Positions 8,764 through 17,600 of a DNA stretch of 56,802 bases are shown here, piece by piece. The notes under the pieces are model-generated. The model did not search any database, was not told where the DNA came from, and was given only the letters and a program-made list of their open reading frames with translations. The stretch spans positions 1-56,802 of the forward strand of contig PBIE01000044.1 in NCBI GenBank assembly GCA_002720375.1, written 5' to 3'. How positions within the stretch are numbered: position 1 is the first letter of the stretch; every line of letters begins with the position of its first letter. Both the position numbers and the translations under genes were made by a program. This DNA comes from Crocinitomicaceae bacterium (GTDB taxonomy: Bacteria; Bacteroidota; Bacteroidia; Flavobacteriales_D; Sanyastnellaceae).

Positions 8764-10155
8764 TCAGGTATATGGTTTTTCTGCCACGAGCAGCAGGTTG
8801 CCGCACTCCTCTTCCATGCCCAAGCACTCTCCTGGGCGGTCTACGTAACCAATGCGGTGAACGTGAACAATGGTGAATCCGCAGGACTCCAAAAGGTCTA
8901 TAATGCCTTGCTTTGAGCAATAATGAAGAAAGGCCACCGTCTCTCCACCATGTCGTTTGTAAAATAAATCTCCTCTCTCATACCCTTCATTTCCAAGCTC
9001 CAACTCCTCAAAGAGATTCAATGCCTCAGGCCCCCACTCGTTGGGGTTTTCGAGATTGAACACATCCACATAAAATTTTCCACCGGGGCGCAATGCTGTG
9101 AATACTTTTTTAAGGCTTTTGCTTCTTTCTACGATGTTGGGAATGTGTCCAAATGCGTACAAAAATGTGATGGCGTCGAATGCACTTTTCTCTACATCAA
9201 TTTCATTCCAATGGCCAATGCGCGCATCCAAGCCTCGCTCCTTGGCCGCTTGCACCATGCCCAAGCTGATGTCCACCCCCTCCATTTTGTAGTTCCGCCG
9301 GGAACGCGTTTGGATATCCAAAGGACGCCGACCAGTGCCACATGCGATATGCAGAACACGACTGGGGTTTAGTTCGCCAAAGTCGGCCGCGATGATTCCA
9401 TTGATGCTGTTCGTGTATGCCCTGCGCTTCTCACTGCCCTGATCCAAATGATCATAGGTTTCGGCCTGTTCAGAATAATAGGCACTGATTGAGTGCAAAA
9501 TCTCCAAGCTCTTGGGCTTGGGAATCAAAGGGTAAAGCCTGTGGGTGCGATTGCCTCTCATTTCACTGATGGGGACAAAGGTGAAGGCATCCTTCTCGAG
9601 CCTTCTAAAACCAGCAGGGTCTTGCTCGAAGGAAGCTGTGGTGGCCTTCTCGTTGAGTTCTCCCAACCAACCATTTTCTGCATCGAAAAGGACCATACCG
9701 TCTAAGGTGTCCAATGCAGGGGCATAGAAATGAACCGTAACAAGCGGCTGATTGGCGCTCGGGTTTACAATCTTGTGAATGGTTCCATCTGGTTCTGGTA
9801 AAACCCCTCCAGCCCGGACCCGCAAGGCTTGTCCCTCTCTCAACTCCCTCCGCTCCTTGTCATATGTGTATTCCACATTTTCCACCTCGCCCTGAACGCA
9901 GAGTACGTATCCCCAGAAGCCCTCGTGATGGTGAATGGCGCTCTCCACACCAGGTGGCCAGTGGAGTACCACAATCTCGAAGGGGTTAAGCAGCAATATG
10001 TTGCGGGCATAGTTTGTGGTCATGCCCTCAATGGAGGGGATGCAACCCCTAAGGTCCAAGTCCTCAAGTTTTATGGAGCGAACCAACCGACCGAGCCAAT
10101 CGAAATCGAATCTCTCTGGCGTCGTTTTGCGTATGGTCTCAATCAAAGCTTGCAT
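8764..10155 (-). CDS. Fusion protein: cysteine-dioxygenase-like cupin domain plus class I SAM-dependent methyltransferase domain
   Basis: 463 aa. N-terminal half: YARNILL, VLHWPPGVESAIHHHEGFWGYVLCVQGEVENVEY, TIHKIVNP (cupin, CDO-like His cluster). C-terminal half: motif I VLHIACGTGRRPLDI, GVDISLGMV, FLYAFGHI, LRPGGKFYVDVF. Confidence 0.75.
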   Translation of the reverse strand: MQALIETIRKTTPERFDFDWLGRLVRSIKLEDLDLRGCIPSIEGMTTNYARNILLLNPFEIVVLHWPPGVESAIHHHEGFWGYVLCVQGEVENVEYTYDKERRELREGQALRVRAGGVLPEPDGTIHKIVNPSANQPLVTVHFYAPALDTLDGMVLFDAENGWLGELNEKATTASFEQDPAGFRRLEKDAFTFVPISEMRGNRTHRLYPLIPKPKSLEILHSISAYYSEQAETYDHLDQGSEKRRAYTNSINGIIAADFGELNPSRVLHIACGTGRRPLDIQTRSRRNYKMEGVDISLGMVQAAKERGLDARIGHWNEIDVEKSAFDAITFLYAFGHIPNIVERSKSLKKVFTALRPGGKFYVDVFNLENPNEWGPEALNLFEELELGNEGYERGDLFYKRHGGETVAFLHYCSKQGIIDLLESCGFTIVHVHRIGYVDRPGECLGMEEECGNLLLVAEKPYT

Positions 10156-10302
10156 CTCCCGTGGATTCCATTGCCAAACAGGGGTTGACGCTAAGGTACG
10201 CAGGGACAGAATTTGGATGCAATGATACAGGGTGCGCCGAGCCGGCTTGAAACCTTAGTGAAGCAGGGGGAGTATAGGACGCCGATTCCAACTTGTTTGC
10301 CC

Positions 10303-10521
10303 ATGTCCAATCGACGCATCGTGAGCTATGAGAAGCTCGACCAGTCCATTCGAAAAATGATCAAGTCCAATTACCCAGATGGGTTTGATGGACAAACATT
10401 TAACCTCCGCCTACCTGCTAGCAAGGAGGTCTTCAAAATGATCAGGTTCGAAGCGGACAATATCCAATACATGATTAAAGTCGGCCCCGCGATAGAAGGT
10501 GTTGACTACACAATGGATTGA
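10303..10521 (+). CDS. Small hypothetical protein (72 aa; 102 aa if started at 10213)
   Basis: ORF MSNRRIVSYEKLDQSIRKMIKSNYPDGFDG... lies in the gap between divergent genes. No family recognised. The call rests on ORF and position only. Confidence 0.4.
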   Translation: MSNRRIVSYEKLDQSIRKMIKSNYPDGFDGQTFNLRLPASKEVFKMIRFEADNIQYMIKVGPAIEGVDYTMD

Positions 10522-10586
10522 AATATCCGCTGATTCACATGAAAGAAAAGGGGTTGGTTCCGAACTTGGGGCCAACCCTTTTTCGC

Positions 10587-11921
10587 ATGAAGCGTCTTTT
10601 TCTCCTGTTCTCTTTTCTATTTCTCTTCCACGTCGGACTTCATGCTCAACTGGCCTGTCAGCCTATGGTGGGCCATGTCGGTCTGCGGGATGCGAGAATC
10701 TGGATTCAAGCCGAGGATGCAGCAAAGGCACAGATTGAGTTTTGGATTACCGATGCTCCCCAGTCTGCAGAAGTCTGCAGGAGCGAAGTTCAAATCTTGA
10801 AGCCCGCCCGAGCGAAAACCGCCACCTTCGATCTCGGCGGTCTCGAGCCGGGCACGCCCTATTCTTTCCGAATTCTCATCAATGGTCAGGAGGTGACAAA
10901 GGGAATCGATTTTTCCGCACTTCGATTTGAGACTCAGCCCCTGTGGCAACATCGGACTGACCCGCCCGAATTCACAATCGCACTCGGGTCTTGCAGCTTC
11001 ATCAACGAAACAGCCTACGATAGGCCAGGTAAGCCATATGGCGGGGGCTATGGCATCTTCAACACCATTGCCGATTCAAAGCCAGACCTGATGCTATGGC
11101 TCGGTGACAACGTTTACTTCAGGGAGGTGGACTGGGCGTCTAAATCTGGCATGCACCACCGGTACTCACACATGAGGAAGCTTCCTGAACTACAAAAATT
11201 GATCGGTGCATGTCCCCATGTTGCCATCTGGGACGACCACGATTATGGACCAAACGATGCCGATGGAAGCTGGATTCACAAGGACTGGGCAGCAGAGGCC
11301 TTTCGCAACTTCTGGCCCAACCCATCTCAAGGGCTCCCCGATGCAAATGGTAAAGGCATCACCAGTGGGTTCAGCTTCATGGATGTAGAGGTGTTCCTTC
11401 TGGACAACCGAACCTTCCGCGTCAACCCAGACAATCTGACCCGCACACCACAAATGATTGGCAATGTGCAACTGGACTGGCTGATTAGTGCGCTGAAATT
11501 CAGCCAGGCGCCATTCAAATTGATCGCAGTTGGTGGGCAGGTTGTCTCAGATTTTGCCGAGTACGAAAACATGGCAAAGTTCGAAGAGGAGAGAAGCGAA
11601 CTCCTCCGCCGCATCGACGAGGAGGAGATTCAGGGGATCGTTTTTCTCACGGGGGACAGACACAGCTCCGAATTGAGCCAACTGACCTTACCCGGTGGAA
11701 GAACGGTTTTGGATTTCACATGCAGTGCACTGACCAGTGGCGCATACGACCACAGTGCTGAGCCGAATCACAACAGAATTGAAGGAACCAGCGTAGGCAT
11801 TCGCAACTATGGAACATTAGGTTTTAGCGGTCCTCTGGACAATCGGATCATGACCATCCGCACGATGGACGCAGAAGGTAATCTTCTTTGGGAGCGAGAA
11901 TTCGCCGCCTCCGATCTCTGA
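10587..11921 (+). CDS. phoD: PhoD-family alkaline phosphatase (secreted metallophosphatase)
   Basis: ATG 10587 gives the signal peptide MKRLFLLFSFLFLFHVGLHAQ (the ORF track opens at 10518). Metallophosphatase motifs WLGDNVY, IWDDHDYGPND, and FLTGDRHSSE. Confidence 0.85.
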   Translation: MKRLFLLFSFLFLFHVGLHAQLACQPMVGHVGLRDARIWIQAEDAAKAQIEFWITDAPQSAEVCRSEVQILKPARAKTATFDLGGLEPGTPYSFRILINGQEVTKGIDFSALRFETQPLWQHRTDPPEFTIALGSCSFINETAYDRPGKPYGGGYGIFNTIADSKPDLMLWLGDNVYFREVDWASKSGMHHRYSHMRKLPELQKLIGACPHVAIWDDHDYGPNDADGSWIHKDWAAEAFRNFWPNPSQGLPDANGKGITSGFSFMDVEVFLLDNRTFRVNPDNLTRTPQMIGNVQLDWLISALKFSQAPFKLIAVGGQVVSDFAEYENMAKFEEERSELLRRIDEEEIQGIVFLTGDRHSSELSQLTLPGGRTVLDFTCSALTSGAYDHSAEPNHNRIEGTSVGIRNYGTLGFSGPLDNRIMTIRTMDAEGNLLWEREFAASDL

Positions 11922-11950
11922 ACCCATCAGGCTCTCCACCCAACCAAGGA

Positions 11951-14527
11951 TTAATGCATGAGGGCCAGGCGCAAAACAGATCCACTTCCTGTGTGCTCGA
12001 TAGCGTGCAGGGTGTAGACACCTGTTGGATGGTGCGACAAGTTCCAATCTAGCGATTGACCCGACATCCACATTTGGTCGACCATTCGACCCGCACCATC
12101 CCTCAAAACAAGATGTCCTTCGAAGTGGATACCAAATGTCAGATATAGCGACTTCCGAACGGGGTTCGGTGACGCCAGCATTTTGATGCCCGCCTGCTCG
12201 GAAATGCCCACCGGTACTTCCACCGTAATCGACACCGAACAACCGGTGTCGTCGGTCACTGTCAAGGTCCACTCTCCTGCCCCAAGGTCGTCTGGATCTT
12301 CCTGGCCAGCGTTACCATTGGGACCGGACCAAGAGAAATCATATGGCTCCGCACCTCCGGTTACTGTCACCGACACTTCACCATTTTCCTCATTGAGATT
12401 GGACCCTTCAATCGAATCGACCGTCACAGTCATTCCCGGCGGATCGACCACAGCAATGCTCGCCATATCAGTACATGTCGTTCCTGACGTCATCAAGACA
12501 GTCACTTCCACCGCATATTCACCAGCCGACAATTCGAGGAAGTTGCCTCCAATATCAGCCGACACGCCGTTCAAGGAATAGCCGATCACTGTCACGGAAT
12601 CAGATACGAAGGCCGAGATGTTGCCGTCATCTCCCCCGGCGCACTGCGGCGCAGAGGCCAAAAGAAACAGGGCCGGGTCCGGTGCGGGTTCGATTGTGAA
12701 TACCACCACTGCTCCACAGGTGGAATCTCCGTCCAACACTTCAAGTAAATAGTCTCCCGGGGCCAGAGAGTCAAAGGGTTCTCCCGTCCACTCCCCATTT
12801 AGCGTCACGGGTCCGGCCAAACCAAAAAATACGGAATCTGTCAACGCAGAATCCACTGTTAGTTCAGCTGAGCCATCCGACTCACCAAAACAACTTTCGC
12901 CCGCTACAGAAAGATTCGACAGAACCAAGTCACAATACGTACAACTGCCATCTTCCGTGGTGGCTTGAGGATTGAAATTCGAGGCAGCCGCATCCGTGCA
13001 CCCCACGCAGGAAGTGAATTCACAGTTGTCTGCATTAATGGTTGCCTCTTCGTCAAAATTGCAAGCCTCTGGGTTCAAACATCCAGCGCATGAGGAATAC
13101 TCACAAAGGCCGCTTTCAATGGTGGCCTCAGAACTGAAATTGCAGGCAAGAGGGTCCGTACATCCATAGCACGTAAAGTCGCACAAATCAAAGTCATTGA
13201 TGAATGCCGTGCTGTCGAAATTGCACGCCGAAGCGAGGCCACAACCGGCGCAAGTGGCATAATCGCATGATCCGTCATCGAAGGTCAAGAATGGATTGAA
13301 GTTGCAAGCCAAAGAGTCTTGGCACCCTCCAACTTCTGCCCCATCGCAGACGAGAACGAAATCGAAGCCCCCCACGGCTGGTGTAACTGCATTGGATCCA
13401 CTAACATGAAGTAGATACTCCACCCCTTCCTCACTCTCCCACTCTATTTCAGAGGCGAGAAAATTTTCGTAGCACGGTTCAGCAAAAAAGTCAGCCTCAT
13501 CCTGATCGTCATTTCCCGCCACACAGTCCAAGTTGCCACACTCTCCTTCGTACACGCTCAGATAAGTGTCGTAGCCAGTGTCCTCAAAACACATGGTGGC
13601 GCGTAAAGTGTCACCAGTTCCAGTGATGGTATACCAGAGCCCGCCATGGAAATATTCGCCGATGTTGTACTGGTCACAGTACGCACTCTCAGTTGTATCC
13701 GCGCAAACTGTGGTTGCCGTTACAATTTGACTGCAGGCGATGGGCTCTGCCATTGCACATTCATCGTTGGCCACCGGAAGGCAGAATCCATTGCAATCAA
13801 ATCCGCCTGTAGCGTAATAGCAACTGCCGTCCTCTTCAGTGTATACTGGGGCCCAATTGCATGCTTCCGGATCCGTACAGCCGGGAAACTCAAATGGATC
13901 ACAAACGCCATCTGCATCGACATCGCACAGACAATTCCCATCACAATCAAAACAGAAGAATGGATGCTCACAGCTGCCATCATCATCCGTTGCCAACGGA
14001 TTGAAATTGCACGCGTCTTCTTCCGTGCATCCCGGCACAGAACAGTCGGGAATTAGAACACCCGCCAGCAAAATGTCGCCAAGGCTGTCTGGAAGCGCGA
14101 GTGACGTGTCAGTGAGCAAGTCCACCGTAAGCAATGAGCCGTCCTCTTCCCAAGTCATGCTGGCTGAATCAAGAGGAATGTCGCCCAAATCCACAAAGAG
14201 AGACAACGGTTCGTCACCAGTGGAAATTTCGATCGTGAAATGAACCGCAGAGTCACCATTGGAAGGGACGTGGTTTGTTTCAAAAAGCAGTCCTTCTGAA
14301 AGCAAGCATGCGTGAGTTCCGTTGGAATTCGAAGCGCAGATAACATCAATTCCATCATCGTAGCCTGCGGTCCCTGCCGTGTCCAGTACGAGTGTACATC
14401 CTGAGGTTCCCGAAACAAATTCAGCCAGAAAGGAAACGGTGCCTTGAGGCACGCAAAGTGAATCCTGCGCCATTCCGCCAATTGATCCGAAAAGGAGTAA
14501 CACAAAAGTTGAAATATTCGACTTCAT
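11951..14527 (-). CDS. Secreted mosaic T9SS cargo protein A (858 aa): 7 Cys-rich motifs, PPC-like domain, SprB-like repeats, type-A T9SS C-terminal domain
   Basis: ATG 14527 gives the signal peptide MKSNISTFVLLLFGSIGGMAQ. Cys motifs such as GCTEEDACNFNPLATDDDGSCEH lie at 13808-14035 and 12932-13327. PPC-like block NDECAMAEP...GLWYTITG...DTYLSVYEGECGNLDCVAGNDD at 13343-13771. SprB-like units (TVTGGAEPYDFSWSGPNG) at 12212-12931. CTD LASPNPVRKSLYLTF...GVYTLHAI at 11954-12190. Confidence 0.85.
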   Translation of the reverse strand: MKSNISTFVLLLFGSIGGMAQDSLCVPQGTVSFLAEFVSGTSGCTLVLDTAGTAGYDDGIDVICASNSNGTHACLLSEGLLFETNHVPSNGDSAVHFTIEISTGDEPLSLFVDLGDIPLDSASMTWEEDGSLLTVDLLTDTSLALPDSLGDILLAGVLIPDCSVPGCTEEDACNFNPLATDDDGSCEHPFFCFDCDGNCLCDVDADGVCDPFEFPGCTDPEACNWAPVYTEEDGSCYYATGGFDCNGFCLPVANDECAMAEPIACSQIVTATTVCADTTESAYCDQYNIGEYFHGGLWYTITGTGDTLRATMCFEDTGYDTYLSVYEGECGNLDCVAGNDDQDEADFFAEPCYENFLASEIEWESEEGVEYLLHVSGSNAVTPAVGGFDFVLVCDGAEVGGCQDSLACNFNPFLTFDDGSCDYATCAGCGLASACNFDSTAFINDFDLCDFTCYGCTDPLACNFSSEATIESGLCEYSSCAGCLNPEACNFDEEATINADNCEFTSCVGCTDAAASNFNPQATTEDGSCTYCDLVLSNLSVAGESCFGESDGSAELTVDSALTDSVFFGLAGPVTLNGEWTGEPFDSLAPGDYLLEVLDGDSTCGAVVVFTIEPAPDPALFLLASAPQCAGGDDGNISAFVSDSVTVIGYSLNGVSADIGGNFLELSAGEYAVEVTVLMTSGTTCTDMASIAVVDPPGMTVTVDSIEGSNLNEENGEVSVTVTGGAEPYDFSWSGPNGNAGQEDPDDLGAGEWTLTVTDDTGCSVSITVEVPVGISEQAGIKMLASPNPVRKSLYLTFGIHFEGHLVLRDGAGRMVDQMWMSGQSLDWNLSHHPTGVYTLHAIEHTGSGSVLRLALMH

Positions 14528-14587
14528 GAGGGTTTCCGAGGGTATTTCTTTAGCCATTAAGATACCTCGCCAGCCGATAATAAAGCA

Positions 14588-14615
14588 GAAACGCCGACCC
14601 AAAGGCCGGCGTTTC
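14588..14615 (-). terminator. Rho-independent terminator after cargo gene B
   Basis: Minus strand reads AACGCCGGCC-TTTG-GGTCGGCGTT, a 10-bp stem with one G-U pair, followed by TCTGCTTTATT. It lies between the stop at 14642 and the next start at 14527. Confidence 0.6.
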
Positions 14616-14641
14616 CAGAAACAACTGTAATGTCTGAATGA

Positions 14642-17600
14642 TCAGTGACGGATGATCAACTGCTGATTGGCAAAGGATTGTCCCGATGTCAGGCGTACCT
14701 GGTAGACTCCGTCGGCCAGATTAGAGAAGTCCATTTGAACCTTTCCAGATAGGGTCATGCCTTCTTGACGGAAGACCCTGCGTCCGGCGCCATCAAATAC
14801 CTCGATAGTCGCGTCCTGAACAAGCTTGTTCATTTCCATGACCAGTTGGCCGTCTGTTGGATTTGGCATCAAGGCAATTTCAAGATCGCCTACCACTTCG
14901 GTCAAGCCAACAGTGGTGAGTATTACCACTTCCGTCTCCTCACATCCGTTCTCGTCGGTCACAGTTAAGGAATAGGTTCCGTCCGTGAGTCCAGCGATGT
15001 CCTCTGTGTCATAGTTTCCTTCTGGGCCTTCCCAGGCGAATCCAAGATCGCCAGTTCCACCTTCAACAGATATAGAGATTTGACCGTTTGGTGCGCCATC
15101 AGGGTCAATCGTTTCATCCACGGTGATGACAATAGCATCAGGCTCCTCGACCGTGGCGTTGATGTCTGCCTCACAACCATTTTCGTCTGTAGCGAATATG
15201 GTGTAAGGGCCTGCATCCAAGTCTTGAAAGTTGCCGTCAACGCTGGTTTCACCTGCAAGCTCGTAGGTAATGAGACCGGTTCCACCTTCTGATGTAGCTA
15301 CAATAGAACCGTTGCTGTCTCCATTGCAATTGACATCGTTGGCAAAGGCGAAGAGCATGATTGCCGCTGGCTCATTCACCAAGACTTCGAGAGTATCTGT
15401 ACACATCAGTGAGTCCATGGCAATGATTTTGTACGAGTCACCAGCCAATTGCTCAAATGTGAGGTTGTTTTGGAACAGGCCATCATTGAGTGCATAATTC
15501 ACGGAGCCGTATCCTCCTGTGGAGCCAGACACCATGATGCTACCATCCATGTCGCCAGCACACGTAACATCAAAAACAATTGCCGCAGTATCTATCGCAA
15601 GCTCACAGTAGAGACAAGTCTCATCGTCGACTGTTGCTGTAGGATCGAAATTGGCCGCGTCGGCATCGGTGCATCCAAAACAGCTGTAATCGCAAAGGCT
15701 CACATCATAATCAGTGGCGGTTGAATCGTAATTGCATGCCGTATCATCCAAACATCCGGCGATTTCGTCTTCGTCACAGATCGTGTCTCCGTCTGCGTCA
15801 TTAACACAGTTGCCATCGCAATCCACATTGTCCGTTCCATAAAGGTCAATTGGGAACAAGCAACCCGCATCAATGGTGGCGGTAGAGTCGAAGTTACAGG
15901 CCAAAGCTTGCATACATCCTGCGCAGCTTTCGTATTCACAACTGCCATCATCTTCTGTTGCATCTGGGTTGAAGTTGCAGGCCTCTTCATACACACAGCC
16001 ATTTACTTCAGCCTCATCACACGTCCCATCGCCGTCTGCGTCGTTCAAGCAGTTGCCCAAGCAGTCATAATAGGCTGCTCCGTAAATGTCTTCAGGGAAA
16101 AGGCAAGACAACGCCACATTGATGGTCGCTGTACTGTCGTAGTTGCATGCCAATTCATTGAGGCAGCCAGCACAACTCTCGTATTCACAAGATCCATCGT
16201 CGGTGTCTGCTGCGGGATTCCAATTGCATGCATTGAGGTCCAAACAACCATCGATGGAGGGAAGTAGCACCGCGTCAATAACGTGTACCACACCGTTTTC
16301 TGCATACAAGTCTGCAATGATGATTTCCGCATCGTCAATAAAGACAGAGCCACCACTGAAGGTGATGGTGGCCATTTGACCGTTAATTGTTTCAACCATC
16401 ATGCCGTTTGTCAGCATGTCACTTGTAACGGAATCGGCCACAACGTGGTAGGTCAGAACACTTGCCAAGCTCAATGGGTCAGCCAAGAGAGCATCGACAA
16501 CGTATGAAGGCAATGCTTCAACAGCGGCATCGGTTGGTGCAAACACTGTCCATGCACCGCCGTAAGTAAGGGTACTGTCCAATTCTGCAAGCACAATCAA
16601 ATCTTCTAAAACCGTGTGAGCTTCGCTGTCCGCAATGATATCGAATACACTGGCTGCTGGGTATTCACACATGCCATCATCGTCTGTTGCAGCAGAGTCA
16701 TAGTTGAGTGCAGCACTGTCTGTACAACCAGCGACTTCTTCCTCGTCACAAACACCATCGGCATCAGCATCGTTCAGACAGTTGCCATCGCAGTCGAGAT
16801 AATCGACCCCATACACATCCTCCGAATAGAGGCAATCGTAATCTGGAGCTATACAAGCATCTCCGATGTTGAAGTTGAGGTATAGCGAATTGGCACCGAC
16901 TCCATTTTCAAAGATCTGAACGTAGAAATTGCCTTCAACCTCTCCATCCGTCGTCAATTGCGCAATCAAGACCTCATTGTTGGGGTGGCTCGCTGCAATT
17001 CCATTGTTGTCCCCGTTCAATGCAAACCAGCTGCCTCCAACAGCATCATCCATAACGATGTTACCTCCTGGTGTTCCAAACCCAGGGTCGAAGTTGACTG
17101 TCCATGGATTATCCGCACTTTCCACTGTAGATATGGCTGCCTCACCAATGGTCGAGACAGGAGACTCGCTTAAACCAATGGTCACCCAGCTGTCATACTG
17201 CAAATCGGGGAGCGTGCCGAACAAAAAGGACACAATCGAATTGGGCGTCACGCCTCCAACTTCGTCCTGATAGAATTCTGTAGTGGTCGTGACGACCGTT
17301 GGATTGTTAACGTCTCCGGACACAGAACTCACAAAATCCGCTGGGTTAGCGCACTTTACATAGTACCTATATGTCGTCATGCCCGCGAGGTTACCTGCGG
17401 AATGGACAAGCACAGTGTCAATGACCAAACAGTAATCATCTTCTTCCACCGCTGCAGTTGGATCATAGTTACAAGCGTAAGGGTCGCCACAGCCTTCCTC
17501 TTCATCACACAAACCGTCACCATCCTCGTCATTTATGCAATCGCCGTTGCAGTCCAAATAATCCGCAGCTGGGTAAGTACAAGAGCCATCGTCGTACACA

